DNA from: Chrysomallon squamiferum
Taxonomy: Eukaryota > Animalia > Mollusca
Direction of reading: 5' to 3'
Assembly: GCA_012295275.1 (NCBI GenBank)
Contig: CM022672.1
Span: forward strand, 29,698,001 to 29,762,000
DNA: 64,000 nucleotides
Shown: one piece after another, positions 24,922 to 39,943 of the stretch
Numbering within the stretch: the first letter of the stretch is position 1
How the letters are laid out: each line of letters begins with the position of its first letter
Made by a program: the position numbers and the translations under genes
Notes under the pieces: model-generated
Told to the model about the DNA's origin: nothing
What the model saw: only the letters and a program-made list of their open reading frames with translations
Database searches by the model: none

Positions 24922-25303
24922 TATTAAAATATTACATAATTCCCTAGCCAAAACTATAAAGACATCTGATCTAATTGTTGTATAATAATAATATATTGAA
25001 AGTTACCTAATTCTGTCATACTGTTTATTACATAATTGTATATGTAATCATATATTGCAGGTTATCTAATTCTTTATGTAAAATGTTCTGAAATGTTACT
25101 TAATTCTGTATTACATATAAATACTTTAGTACTACACAGCATAAGAACATTGTATCTAATTCAGTATGTAATAGTATAGATAGATCGATAGATAGATAGA
25201 TAAATAGATAGATAGATAGATAGATACAGTCGTCTCCCCAGCATTTGTGAAAGGGATGGCAGGAATCAGTGTAACTGGTGCAAATTATATATATATACAT
25301 TTA

Positions 25304-25343
<40 letters not shown>

Positions 25344-25551
25344 TGGGAAACCATTTGTTTTGAATATCATTAATTTAGTTTATCTTTGTTTTTTTTTCTT
25401 GTTTTTTTCTTTTCATCAGCTAATGTATGTATGTATGTATATATGTATGTATTTATATATGTATATATATGTATGTGTGTATGTAGGTATTTATGTATGT
25501 GTGTATGTCAGTATATATGTATGTGTGTATGTATGTATGTATGAATGTATA

Positions 25552-25733
25552 TGAAGAGTTTTCTTCTAAAACGCGATAAATCCATTCCCTTTATTTTGAA
25601 AAAAATGACTATTTCTGCTCTGGAGTTCACAAAGTTAGATAACGAACGTAGTCTACTTCGTAGAACAGCGGCGGATAAAGCATTTTGAAGAAATGGTTTT
25701 GGCGTTTATCGCGTTTTGGAATTGAAGTCTTCA
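25552..25733. mobile_element. Small MITE-like element
   Basis: Imperfect ~29-bp inverted termini tgaagagttttcttctaaaacgcgataaa / tttatcgcgttttggaattgaagtcttca, embedded in (TATG)n. Confidence 0.6.
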
Positions 25734-26903
25734 CATATGTATGTATAAATGTATGTGTGTAAGTGTGTATGTATGTATGTATGCATGTAAGTATTTGTGA
25801 GAGACTGAACTAAAAGCACAATCTAAAGATAGATAAACACCATTAACGTGTGAGGTTTATTTCTCCTTGTTTAAACGTAAAGTACTTGGGAAATTCCTCC
25901 AAAACACGTGAGGCATTAAAATATGGTAAACACTGTCACTGGTGCTTTCTTACGGAACCCAGGACAGTAATGGTCTGCAAGTATTGGTCAGGGGTGTGAA
26001 ATGTTATCTGTGTGACTGTGGTGAAAGAGAGTTCAAGAGAAGAGAGAATATCTGGCCAGTTAGAACGACGCTTGAGCCAATTCTTTTTTAAATAAAAGTG
26101 TAATCGAAATCGAACTTGTGTTGTTTCTGTGTGAGGGTGCTGTACGCACCCGGCCAAATATATATGTATGAACATTAGAATGCCTAATCTGTGTTAGCCG
26201 GTCTGTGTTTGTGTATGTGTAAGTGTGTGTCTGTGTGTGTGTCTCTGTGTGAGTGTGCATATGTGTGTGTACAGAATGGATATGCGTTTTTAATTCATAA
26301 TAACCAAAATAGACAAACTGCAAATTGACATATTGCTTACTAAAGTTAAGATTTGACATATATGAAACATGTTTTGTTATGGGTTGAAGTGTATAAACAG
26401 CTGAAGTAAATATACTTAGAAGTTTGATCAAACAATGACGTTGAAAAACTGTTTGATATATAGTAATATTGATTAAAACTAAATAAAAGAAACTAACAAA
26501 CATATCTACGTTGTCTATAATAGAAATATATAATAAAATTAGACTACTTTTACTTAGAACCGCGTATCTCTAGATGCCCATAATGTAGTAAAGTTTATGT
26601 TAATTACATGGGAAATAATTCTGAAATGGGATTTGTAAGATTATAACATGAGTAATTATTACTATGATGTAAAACTGATAAAGACAATACGGCCTGATCA
26701 TAAGTTAAATAAGTTACATAATAATAACCACAACAACAATAAGAAGAAGAAAAAACAATAAATAAACTAAAATAAAATAATAATATATATATATTAAAAC
26801 TATTATTATTACTGTTTGGTCGTCGTCGTTGTCTTACAGTGTGTTATTACTACTGATCCAGTTGTTGTTTTTGTTTTTGTTGTTGTTGTTGTTATTGTTG
26901 TTG

Positions 26904-26938
<35 letters not shown>

Positions 26939-26944
26939 GATATT

Positions 26945-27038
26945 TTCTTTATGTTGTTACTGGTGGTGGTGTTGATGGTACATTCTTGAGAGAATTAGAC
27001 AAATCATACACCAGGAAGATATTACGTCTCACTGAACA
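26945..27038 (-). repeat. 94-bp inverted repeat, right arm
   Basis: See 22488-22581. Confidence 0.9.
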
Positions 27039-27931
27039 TGAATACGTCTGATCAGTGAAATAGTTTCTGTTATATTATTATTATTACTGCTGTTGTTGTA
27101 ATTTTAAATATTTTATATTTCTGTCATCGTCGGCCACTTCGTAATTGTTAGCGTTGTTTCTCTATTTTATAGCCATATTATTACAATGATTTTATTAATA
27201 TGATTAGTAGTAGTAGTAGTAGTAGTAGTAATAGTAGTAGTAGTAGTAGTTATACAAAAGTGATTTCCTGTTTTGGAAATACAAGGCTGACTCCTAACTA
27301 TAATTGTAGTTCATTTTATTCTGATTTCAGTGATACAAAAATCAAAGTTGTTAGTTAAATAGTTCCAAAGTTAAGACATGACCCTGGATTTACTTCGCAC
27401 TTTACTTAAGCCAGAGATGGTTTTTCATCGTGATGGCGAAATCGCCGGTTTCTTTGGAATACTCTTGTAGTAGGTTGGATAAAGATCTGATTTTCTATTT
27501 TGATTTTGTTTTTGTCACAGACTCAAAATTATGTTCTTTCTTAACGACAATGAATTTACAATTTTCGCATGTGCGCCTGCAATAAATAGCAATATATATC
27601 TATCTTAAAAAGGTAATAAATAATGGAATTATAATACTTCTTGAATGCTCTCGTCAGATATGTTTTTAAATAATAATATTAACAATAAGAACAACAATAA
27701 TAATAATAAGTAAATAAATAAATAAAATTAAATACATAAAAAAATAATAATAATTTGTATCTGATCATGTTGATATCAGGCACATAAGCTTTCTGTAAAG
27801 AATGCAGAAACTAGAAATTAATTGTTCAACACATAGAATGTTTTCGTATGAGGGCGTCTGCATTAATAATTTCAGTATTTTTATTATTATTATTTTAATT
27901 ATTATTATTGTTGTTGTTGTCGTTGTTGTTG

Positions 27932-27982
<51 letters not shown>

Positions 27983-28652
27983 TCGTTATTATGTTGTTGT
28001 TACATGAAATGTAAAAATTATAACCAATTAGCCTGTGATCCAAAATGAATCAAGTCCCTTTGTACCGTTATTGGTCTTGCTGGAAATTTTCCAGATCTTG
28101 AATAATTTTCATAGTTATTTTCTTTCTCATGCGAAATGATATTAAATCTACGTACAGATTTACTTTTTAATCTCACTAAAAAAAAAAAAAATAAATAAAT
28201 AAATAAAACTTTGACTATCATTAGTATGTAATTTGTACGTTGTTTTTTTCAGTGCTGTATCTTGACCAAGTTCTCAGGTTAGCCAGTTAGAATCGACTAT
28301 AAAAATGTGTCATTCTTTATAACATTGCCCAAGTTCGTGTGCATGTTAAGTCAAGATATTCACAGACAGGGAAGGTGTCCGAAATTGAAAGTTTACGTTT
28401 TTAATTTTTTTTTTTTTTTTTATTTTTTTTTTTTTTTTTTATTTGTTATTATTATTTTTTAATCCATTCATATGCAACTACGTAAAAAGACATACAATCA
28501 TAATCTACTTAGAATGTAGTATATATCTTGGTTGTTTTACTTTTCCATTTCCTTTTTGTTTATTGCCTATTTTTGCAGAGGGATGTTTCTGTTTTATGTT
28601 TTATTTTTATTATATTATTATTATCGTGTTTATCATTAATATGATTACTGTA

Positions 28653-30402
28653 TTTCTGTCGGCTGGCTACCGTGACTGCAAAGATTAGAACACCAAACAT
28701 ACAAATTCAGTGTTTTTAAAACAGGGCGTGACTCTTTCGTCAAACACTCACTGGACAGAGAAACACAGAAAAGCATATTTAAAATCAGCCCACAACAACA
28801 ACAATTATTATTATTATTTTTATTATTATTATTATTATTAGCCCACAGATTTATTTAAAATATATATATATAAAGCTTATGTTATTCGCATTCTTCTTTT
28901 ACAGCCAAACAACTTTTGTTTTTTCTTTCTTTTTTTGTGGGGGATATAAATGTTTTTTTATTCTTTTCTCATAGTTTTTTAAGTCATACAAATCTAACAA
29001 ATATAACAATCTCACATGAATTCAGTACACTGAACTTTTATTTACTCATACTAAACGCCGAAAACTAGATTTAAAGCATTTAATTTAATCTGTTGGCAAC
29101 ATTTGTTTTATATTCCACAATATTTAGTAACTAATAACTAGTTTATAGTATTATAAAAACACAATTTTATTAACTTCACTGTATTAACTGAACTTGTGTA
29201 GTATGTTTTCTTAATTGTTGTTAATAATGTTCTGTGTTAGTTAATATTAAAATGAATGTCAAGAAATGCAGAATTAGTGTGTAAATCAAAACGCTATATT
29301 TATGCTCTAAATAATGTACTTGAATTTATAAATTTTAAACCGAAAAATAAATATACATTTTTAATCTATTTTAGCAATATGTGCCAATTGAAAAGAAAAA
29401 TATATGCCTCTTCAACATGAAGATCTGTTGACTTTTAACTAATTTTCTGAGGTATCTTTATGTAATATTTTTATGTTACGAAAGAACCATGTTGACTAAT
29501 ATTTCATTTCATTTTTTGCTATATGAAATTCTTATTGTATCATTGTACAGAAGATTGGAGTGTTAAATCATCAAATTGTTATAAAAGACATATCGTGTTA
29601 AATAACGATACTGGAACATAAATATATCTTGTTATATTGTAGAAAGACTTATCGTATTAAATAACGATACTGGAAATATAAATGCATAGTGTTATATTGT
29701 ACAAAGGTTTATCAGATTAATTAACCATACTAGAACATAGGTAAGTGTTGTACACAGACGTATCATGTTAAATAAGGATACAAAGGTTTATGGTGTTAAT
29801 TTACAATACTGGAATATGAGTACATATTGTTACATTGTACAAATCTTCTTTGTGTTAAATAAGGATACTGGAACATAGATATATATTGTTGTCTTGTAAA
29901 AACACAATCGTTTTAAGTCACCATATCGTAACATAGATATATATTGTTATGTTGTACAGACTTATCATGTTAAATAAGGATACTAGAACATAAATATATA
30001 TTGATATATTGTATAAAAAATCATCCTGTTCTATAACCACTGAGTAGCATATCAATATTGTAATACTGTAGAAAGCTTCATAAAGTTAAATAACCATAGT
30101 GGAACATAAATACATATTGTTATATTATACAAAAGTTAACCATACTCGAATATAAATATGTACTGTAACAAGTAAATAACGGTAGAAAGGTTTATCGTGT
30201 TAATTCACAATACTGGAATATAAATATATATAGTTACATTGAACAAATGTTCATCGTGTTGAATAAGGATACTGGAACGCAGATATATATTGTAAAAACA
30301 CCATCGTTTTAAAAGACCACACCGTAATAAAGATATACTGTGGTGCCTTGACTTCCGGCTGCATTTTCTGTTTTGAGTTACGAGTCAAACTCCGAGTTAC
30401 GA
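28653..30402 (+). repeat. Segmental duplication, copy 2 (partner 1012-3435)
   Basis: Collinear with copy 1, includes the ~59-bp minisatellite and lacks the Tc1/mariner insertion. Confidence 0.9.
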
Positions 30403-30912
30403 GCCAGCTTTAGATACGCCGTCGGTAGTTTGGAAAACTAAGAACAAAACATCCGGCTAGCATCCCGCGTTTCACTCGTTTCCTTGACGTGGTGATCTGA
30501 TCGTTAAAGCATCTGTGTTGTGTTCTGCTCGCGATTTGTGCAGTGTTTTGCCAAACTTCCTTTTTCTGACCATGGATCCTACGAAAGTGAGTTCAAAATA
30601 CTGAAAATACACTTAGCTAGGCACTACGAGCGTAGTACTTCTACGATATGTACCATGATGCACAAGTCGATACACGCTATAACTCTGGTCAAAGGTGTTC
30701 AAATAATGTCTTATCTCCGAGATAGATGCACTTTACAAAGCCATTTTATTTGTTTATATCCTCTTTTCATTGTTTTTTATGCAATATTTCTGTTTTATAA
30801 ATACATTTTTTCTTAGTTAATTTCATTTGGGAAAACTGATTTGGAATACGAACAAATTGAGTCACGAGGTCACTCACGGAACGAGCTAAACTCTTAAGTC
30901 AAGGTACCACTG
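30338..30912 (+). mobile_element. pogo/Tigger-like non-autonomous element
   Basis: TA|ctgtggtgccttgactt...aagtcaaggtaccactg|TA; internal HTH remnant LARHYERSTSTICT. Confidence 0.85.
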
Positions 30913-31044
30913 TATTTAGAAATTAAGAACTTAAATGAAACAACAATACAACAACAACAACACAACATGAGATAATAATAATAAAAATAAAATTAATAAT
31001 AATAATAAAACCAATTCAGCTAGATAAAGAACATATAGATATAT

Positions 31045-32255
31045 TTACACTTTTATTAGTTTTTGCTTAGACTTTGAATCTTCAATTCTGGTTTTACTTT
31101 CGTCATGATGATCCTTGAGCATTTTCAGATGATACTGCCTCACAACATCAACCAACGGAATCTCTTCCATTGTCATAAGTCTGCAGTCTGTGGCGGTCAC
31201 GTCAAATTTCGGACTCCACTTGCTTTCCTTCACGTGCAAGCGTTCACTCTCGTTTAATTTACGTGAACAGAAGGTACGCACCTGGCGACGAATTGTTTGG
31301 AATGTGTGAACTTCATCAAAGAAATTAGGTCCGTGTTCGAAAACCTTACGCCAGAACAATTTGTAAAAATGATTGTAAACTGCATAGTCAACCCGTGCAA
31401 ATTTTTGATACCGATAGCGATCTTCGGGTGAAAAATAATAATCTTGTTTTTTCAAAGCGTTTGCTGTGATGTAAATAATGTCTTTCATTTTCCAGCATAG
31501 AACGCGACGAAGTAGTACAACAGATTCATCGAAATATTCTACAATTAAAACAAGATCAAGGTCATTCTCTAACTGTTTTATGAACCTCAAATAATCAGCT
31601 TCATCAGAGTTTTTCAGTTTGCTTGGATCGTAACCCAAATCTACAGACATTCGGTTATTGGTAAATGAATACACTGGGTTACTGGGTTCGTGTAAAAGTG
31701 GATTCTGTAGGTAAGTTGATATTGGATTTTCAGCAGTTAATTTTCACTAGATAAGATGTTGGGTATACAGTCTTATAGTACATGAATGCTGAAACCATCT
31801 GATCAAATGGATCACGTAACACTGCTATATATTTGGTATCTAAAGGAAAGTAGTTTGATATCACTTGTTTGTTAAAGATCACGTGATTACACAGTATGTC
31901 ATATTTTCCATTGTGAACCGGTGGAAGTACATCTGTGGATAAAAGAGTTCGAGTTTGGCTGATCACATTTCTATTTCGAGGAGTAGCAAAAGTCAGGTTC
32001 CGTGAAAGACCGAAACGAACAATAATATTCATAATAGTTGTACTGGCAGCTTTGTGCACCTTAATGAACACAACGTGCCGAACATCAGAACTGTTTTCTC
32101 TTGTTGTGATACTGCAAAAATTGGACTGTCGAGTTATTAAGCCTATAGAAGAAAGTTCTTCTTTGAAAGATAACGCTAAAAATGCTGATTTGTTGTATCC
32201 AATGAGTAAAACGAATAATATACATCCGACGACGGCTAAGATGCCATTTGTCAAG
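31045..32255 (-). CDS. Galactose-3-O-sulfotransferase-like (GAL3ST family), main coding exon, with a +1 frameshift near 31738
   Basis: atttcag| acceptor; TM anchor GILAVVGCILFVLLIGY, 5'-PSB FIKVHKAASTT, 3'-PB LRDPFDQMVSAFMYY, NRMSVDLG, DLVLIVEYFDESVVLLRRVLCW, DYAVYNHF. Confidence 0.88.
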
Positions 32256-32288
32256 CTGAAATACATAAAAAAAAAAAAAAAAAAAAAA

Positions 32289-32329
<41 letters not shown>

Positions 32330-33172
32330 CAACAACAACAAAATTTAAAATAAATAAATAAAATAAAACTGAATTTTATTGTTTTCTAAGAAGGAACCAT
32401 GCGGAAACATGGGCAAGATAGACTCATACAAGCAGCGATCACATTAACTCATGACTGACACACACACGCACGCACACGCTCATTTACACAAGGAACATGA
32501 AAAAAAACACTCATACACAGGTATGTTACCCTCACATACATACACATACATACACACACTCAAACATAATGCACAAAACCATTCACAAACGGGCATGCAG
32601 ATGCAGTTAAAAAGCGAAGATACTCTCTATCTGCCCTGATAATAAATGTTACTAATTTAATATTAACTGATAAAGAATTAAAATCAGGTTATTATTACTA
32701 AATCATGGAGTATAATTAGTAACGTTTACAATTTTTCTAACAATATCTAATACGTTTTCAAATAAAGTCTGTAATGACGGCGATCTTCATAAACGAGATC
32801 TTATAGCGCCAGTTCATCTAATAACAACATTATTTCATATAATTTGTTGTTTATTTTTCTTATTTTTTTATGAATGAGATAGCAAAACATTTCGCCAACG
32901 AATTATAAATGAGTCAACATATACCACCGTATGTGCACAGATAGAAGATTTCAGAGAAACAGACATATACGTGTAAAACATATAAGTAAACATAAACTGA
33001 AATCATGAGTGTAAAGAAGAAGAAGAAGAAGAAGAAGAAACAATAATAATAATAATAATAATTTCTTTAGTAATGAATTACTGTCCTGTAGGGCATTGGA
33101 ATATCTTCAGTTTAAATACCTGATACAATTAAAAAGTATCAATAATGTAAAAATATGAAAATAGTATTTTAC

Positions 33173-33201
33173 CGTGATCGGCAAAAATGACGAAACACCA
33201 T
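33173..33201 (-). CDS. GAL3ST-like first coding exon (exon spans 33173-33219)
   Basis: ttttcag|GTGCCAAAATACTGGAAG ATG GTG TTT CGT CAT TTT TGC CGA TCA CG|gtaaaa; phase 2 joins in frame to give MVFRHFCRSRLTNGIL. Confidence 0.75.
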
Positions 33202-35340
33202 CTTCCAGTATTTTGGCACCTGAAAATAAATATTAAGTCATAAGAAAAAAATGTATACCTCTATTTCAGATTATTTGACATCTGCCGAGCAAACGATGTA
33301 TCAGACATTGAATGATGAATGAACACCCGAACAAACAATCAGTGAATGAGTAAACAGTGATCAAATAAAGAACAAATTAAAGCTGGATAATTCATTATTA
33401 GCTGTAAATAATATGTTAGTTTGTGTATTAATTTTATTTTTTATTTTGTTACTGTTGTAGTGATGATATGCAATAAAAATCCTGTTCATAACACTTTCAT
33501 CGATAGCGATATGGATCATCAAGAAAATATATCTTTACCATCAATACTCTGGATAAACCAGTTTGCTGTGATGTATTCTGTTACTTTTAGCTATATAACA
33601 AAAGTACTATGCAGTGAAACTCAGGACGAAATACAGAGAAGAATACTGGAAGAAGTGGCTGACGTTTCAGGGTTGCCTGATTTATTAAGATAATGTTTTG
33701 ACAGATTACAATATTTTTATATATTTTGCAAAGACCAATTATATCTGTCAGTGAAAAGTAAACATTTTGTGTGAAATATATCGTGACAGATCTAAATGAT
33801 CAGTTCCATGTATATAACTGAAGCATTCTAATAATGCAACATCTCATATTGCACCAGTGAGGGCTGGATTCTCAAATAACTAAAACTTAGTAGAGATACT
33901 TAGGAAGTATCTATCTGTCGTATGTTTGCATGATACTACGAGTGATACAGAGATTCTGTAGCAAAACTTTCCACAACGTTCACAACATGTGACGTCATTC
34001 AGTGGGATCATAGATGGAGAAATGTTTTGTAAAGTTTTTTTTCAAAAACTATTTCATTAATATTATTTCCCGAGCTAAGGAATTGTCAAGACATTTAACA
34101 TTATAATGTTTCCGTTCTTGCTGTTGGATCTCTGTCTATTTGTCTGTGTGTCCAACTATCTTTCTCAATTTTATTTCTGACCATTACTTTCTACAAGTCT
34201 CAGTACCGGCCCTGTCACCCTCCTCTTAGATTATTGTGAATGAGTCCCTTGTTCAAACTAACCTGAGCGTGCACAGTAAACAAAACACAAAACATTATCT
34301 CTAATTCCACAGACGTACTAAGTTTAATATGTAGTCACGATTTTAGTATTTCGAGTAATTATTTTGTTTTCTTTGTTTTAACTTGCCAGTTATCTTCCTG
34401 CTACTTCTATATTCATTATTTATTAATATATATTTTAATCTATTTGTTTATTTCTGTTTTTCTTTATTTATTATCAACATCAAATCAATATATCACAATA
34501 ATAATTTTATTTATATAGTGATGTATAATATTTATGTCCGTTGTTTGCACGTGTGAATGAGACAGGGATACATAAGTACATACTTTATATAGATATCGAA
34601 GTTGTTGTTATTGTTCTTGTTACGTTAAAACTCGTGTCTGTGTGTGTATGTGTATGCGCATGTTTGAAAGTGATTTGTATTGTAAGCTATTTTATAAAGA
34701 TGACGTCACAATATTTATTCTTAGCACCGCAAACATCATATATACCTGTTTATAGGTTACGAAGTGTTAGAAAACAAAAATTAAATCGAACAGATTAAAT
34801 AAATAAATAAATAATCACCACAAAATCAAGTAAATTGAAATAGAACATGATAATAAAAATAAAAATAAAATAAAATGGTTTAAAATAAAGACTTGAATAG
34901 AACAGATATTAATAAAATACATTAAGAGAGAATAAAATAAAATACAAATATGGATTGACAGTATTTGCTTTTCATTAAGTTTTAGATAAGTTTTATATAT
35001 TCTCTCGTTGTATAACAATATAAAAATAAACAATTATATTGTGTAATACTAATTTTTTTATATATATGTTTCAGTACTGCTATGATAACGGTACTTTATA
35101 ACCCTTATATTAATAAGGCAAAATATGATCTCTCACTCTGTAAAATTGTATGTGATATTCGTTATTAGATACCATATTATTTTGCTGCAAACAAGCATAT
35201 TTGCAAAAAAAAAAATGTCCTAACCCAAAAATCGAATATTCGTCAATGGAAAAAACCCATTAAAATGAACAGAACGGATATTTTTGCAGAAGTAACGAAC
35301 ATTCAAAGATTGTAAAAACAAGAAAATCCACATTAGCCTC

Positions 35341-35519
35341 ACCTGTAATTTTCACCTGTAGACGACAGAAACACAGTTTAACACTTGATGGTCCAAAATA
35401 CAGATAACAAGGAGCTCAGGAAACATCTGTCTATATTTCAGCGCGTGATTTCATTTTCTACGGAAAGCCTGCTTTGACATTTTTTCCCCACTGACTTTTC
35501 GCAGGGAAGCTTTGCGTAA
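35341..35519 (-). promoter_or_regulatory. Candidate promoter / non-coding first exon of the GAL3ST-like gene (gene-proximal copy of 11)
   Basis: On the - strand: bZIP-type TTACGCAA (35512-35519), initiator-like TCAGT (35490-35494) and donor CAG|gtgagg (GT at 35341-35342). Motif-level evidence only. Confidence 0.4.
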
Positions 35520-35971
35520 CTGGGGTATGAAACGACAAAGTGTCAGTTTAAGAAAATTAGCATTTTGTTCCATTGTCATGTCTGTATAAAAAGAGAGATA
35601 ACTACTAGAGCTGTTTGAATTTTCCTGATGTCATTACGAATATCCATTACAAGCCTGTTTGTCATATACATTTTCTTTTTTTCTATTTGTTATACTTAGT
35701 TTACAATTTTATACATTAGCATTTTACACTGATTTAGTTTCATATTTTTTCTTTCTTATCATTTTTAGCCCTTTATTCTTTTGGTATTATCCTGGGGTTT
35801 TGGTTTAGAGTCTAGCCATGTGAGTCTTGGTGTTAACATATTGCTATCGGTTCTAAGTAATCCTCTGACTCATTTCCTCTGATTGCAGGAAAGTCGTACA
35901 ATCGTCAACGTCGTTTGCATTAACGTAAGGTCGATCATGATATTTGAATGTTGTAACTTTATTTCCCTTAT

Positions 35972-36065
<94 letters not shown>

Positions 36066-36858
36066 TTCTCTCTCTCTCTTTCTTTTTCTAAATCAGTAAA
36101 TAAAATCATTTGCTATAGTTTTGCAACACTCTTAATTAATTAGTAAATTATATAGTATTCGTAGTAATTGTAAGAACAGTATAGCCATAATCGTTAACTA
36201 ATTAATTAATTACGTAACCGGTCATATTTTACAGTTTTGTCAGAAAACTTTAGACAACATCAACATCATGTGACGTCATTCAGTGGGATCATAGCAGGAG
36301 AGAAGTTTTGTAAAGTTTTTCTTTTCAAAAACTATTTCATTAATATTATTTCCCGAGCTAAGAAATCGACAAGACATTTAACACTATAATGTTTTCATTC
36401 TTGCTGTTGGATCTCTCTATATATGTCTGTGTGTCCAACTATCTTTCTCAGTTTTATTTCTGACCATTACTTTCTACAAGTCTCAGTATCGGCCCTGTCA
36501 CCCTCGTCTTAGAGCATTGTGAAGGAGTCTCTTGTTCGAACTAATCTGAGCGTGCACAGTAAACAAAAGACAAAACATAATCTCTAACCCCACCGAGGTA
36601 CTAACTTTAATATGTAGTCACGTTTTTAGTATTTCAACTAATTCTTTTGTTTTCTTTGTTTTAACTTGCCAATTCTCTTGCTCTTACTTCTATAGTCATT
36701 ATTTATTTATTTGTTTATGTTTGAATTATTTTATTTATTCGAATGCTTTCCTTGATTTATTATCAACATCGAATCAATATATCATAATAATAACTTTATT
36801 TGTGTAGTGATGTATAACATTTATGTTCGTTGTTTGCACGTAAATCTTACTTCATATA

Positions 36859-37578
36859 CACAAGTACCTTAACAGCGAGTTTAATTCGTTCCGTGTCCCA
36901 GCCCGTAACTCAATTTGCTTGTATATCAAATCAATTTTTCCAAATGAAATTAATTGAAATACCATTAATCCGTTCCAGCCCCGAAAACCACCCAACTTTT
37001 TGGTAACTTGTTTTTAAATAAGAACAATGTATTTATAAATGATAAATGCTGTATAAAAACAAAACAAAAGATAATATAAAGAAATAAATTGCTTTTGTAA
37101 AATGTATTTATCTTGGAGATCGGACTAATTATTTTAACGCTTTTGGCTGGAGTTCAAGCCTTTATCGTCTCCTTCTGCTTCAGTATGGTACATATCGTAG
37201 AAGTACAACGCTCGTACTGCCTAGACAAGTCGTCTAAACGCACACCTCTCTCATGTTTGTCTATGATTTCATGCTTTAATTCAATGGACATCATCCACTT
37301 CTTCTTCTTAGCACTGTCCTTTGCACTCACTTTCTTACGATCCATGGTAAGAAAAACGAAATTTGGCAAAATACAGCACAAAACGCGAGCACAGCGCAAC
37401 GTGAATTAAACGAGTTACTCGCGCGATGCTGGCCGGATGTTGTATTGTTCGTTGCGCCAATTGGCGGCGGCGTATCTGAAGGTCGCTCGTAACTCGGATT
37501 TTGGCTTGCAATTCAAAGGAAAAATTCGATCAATCGACTGCTGGTATCTCAGAACACTCGTAAGTCAAGGTACCACTG
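36859..37578 (-). mobile_element. pogo/Tigger-like non-autonomous element in array unit 2
   Basis: Right end aagtcaaggtaccactg|TA and a degenerate left end. Encodes MDRKKVSAKDSAKKKKWMMSIELKHEIIDKHERGVRLDDLSRQYERCTSTICTILKQKE (CENP-B/psq-type HTH). Same family as 30338-30912. Confidence 0.88.
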
Positions 37579-38561
37579 TATTTATATATCGAAGTTGTTA
37601 TTTTCTTCTTATGTTAAACTTCGTGTGCGTGTGTGCGTGAGTGTGTGCGGACATGTGTGTGAAAGTTATTTGTATTGTAAACTGTTTTAGATAGATGATG
37701 TCACAATATTTATTTTCCGCACTTTAAACATCATATCTCTGTGCTTATAGGTTATGAAGTGTTAGAAAACTGAAATTAAATTGAACATATAAATAAATAA
37801 ATCAGTAAATAAAAACATTTGCTATAGTATTGCAACGCCCTTAATTAACAATTAAATTATCTAGCATTCGTAGTAATAGTAAGAACAGTATAGTCATATT
37901 CATGAACTAATTAATTAATAACGTAACCGATCATAGTTTACAGTTTTGTAAGAAAACTGTCGACAACTTTAACATATTGTGACGTCATTCAGTTGGAGTA
38001 TAGCAGGAATAAAGTTTTGTAAAGTTATTTTAATAACTATTTCATTAATGTTATTTCCCGAGCTAAGAAATTGTCAAGACATTTAACACTATAATGTTTC
38101 CGTTCTTGCTGTTGGATCTCTGTCTATATGTCTGTGTGTCCAACTATCTTTCTCAATTTTATTTCTGACCATTAATTTCTACAAGTCTCAGTATCGGTCC
38201 TGTCACCCTCCTCTTAGATTATTGTGAATGAGTCCCTTGTTCGAACTGACCTGAGCGTGAACAGTAAACAAAACACAAACATAATCTCTAATCCCACTGA
38301 GGTATTAAATTTAATATGTAGTCACGATTTTAGTATTTCGAGTAATTTAATTTATTTGTTTATTTCTGTTTTCCTTTACTTATTATCAACATCAAATCAA
38401 TATATCACAATAATAACTTTATTTATGTAGTGATGTATAATATTTATGTTCGTTGTTTGCACGTGTGAATGAGACAGGGATACATAAGTACATAATTTAT
38501 ATAGATATCGAAGTTGTTGTTATTGTTCATGTTATGCTAAAACTCGTGTGTGTGTGTGTGT

Positions 38562-38598
<37 letters not shown>

Positions 38599-39853
38599 TG
38601 ATTTGTATTGTACGCTATTTTATAAAGATGACGTCACATTATTTATTCTTAGCACATATATATCTGCTTACATGTTACGAAATGTTAGAAAATTAAAATT
38701 AAATCGAACATATAAAACAAACATATAAATAAATAAATAAATAACCACCTCAAAATAAAGTAAATTGAAATAGAACAGGATAATAAAAATTGAAGTCAAA
38801 TAAAATGGTTTAAAATAAAGTGTTCAATAGATATTAATAAAATACATTAAAAAAGAATAAAATAAAATACAAATATGGATTGACAATATTTACTTTTCAT
38901 TAACTTTTAGATAACTTTTATATAAGCTCTCGTTCTATAACAATATAAAAATAAACTATTATATTGTGTAATGTTATTTCTTTTATATATTTCAGTACTG
39001 CTATGATAACGGTACTTTATAGCCTTTATATTGAAAAAGCGAAATATGATCTCTCACTCTGTAAAATTGTATGTGATATTCGTAATTAGATACCATATTA
39101 TTTTGCTGCAAACAAGCATATTTGCACACAAACAAATGTCCTAACCCAAAAGTCGAATATTCTTCAATGTAAAAAACCCATTAAAATGAACAGAACGGAT
39201 ATTTTTGCAGATGTAAAGAAAATTCAAAGATTGTAAAAACAAGAAAATCCACATTACCCTCACCTGTGATTTTCACCTGTAGACGACAGAAGCACAGTTT
39301 AAGACTTGATGATCCAAACTATACATAAGAAGAACCTCAAAAAACGTCAATCTATATTTCAGTGCGTGATTTTCTTTTCTACGGATAGCCTTCTTTGACA
39401 TTTTCTCCCCACTGACTTTTCACATAGAAGATTTACGTAACTGGGGTATAAAAGGCTAAAGTGTCATTCTAAGAAAATTCTTATTTTGTTGGCACATTGT
39501 CATGTTTGTATTAAAAGGCAAAAAACTACAAGAGCTGTTTGAATTTACCTGAAGCTATTATGAATATCCATTACAAGCCTGTTTGTCATATCTATATATA
39601 TATTGTTTCTATTTGTTATACTTAGATTACAATTTTATACATCAGCATTTTACACTGAGTTGGTTTCATATTTTTTCTTTAGAGTCTAGCCATCTGAGTC
39701 CTGGTGTTACCACATTGTTATCGATTCTAAGTAATCCTCTGACTCATTTTCAATGATTGCAAGAAAGTCGTAGGATAGTCAACGTCGTTTCCATTAACGT
39801 AAGGTCGATCTTAACATTTCAGTGTTGTAACTTTATTTCCATTATTTATAACA

Positions 39854-39943
<90 letters not shown>

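Noticed and set aside
27330-28380. Possible + strand exons (acceptor-like sites at ~27330 and ~28251)
   Set aside because: No consistent reading frame or recognisable product; cannot be supported without transcripts.
32256-32341. Poly-Leu/Phe signal peptide on the GAL3ST ORF
   Set aside because: It is translation of intronic (AAT)n and A-run sequence upstream of the acceptor.
39443-39470. + strand TATA box (gggTATAAAAgg) in each array unit
   Set aside because: It is not conserved in the first unit (gggtatgaaac), has no downstream exon structure, and is likely by chance in AT-rich DNA.
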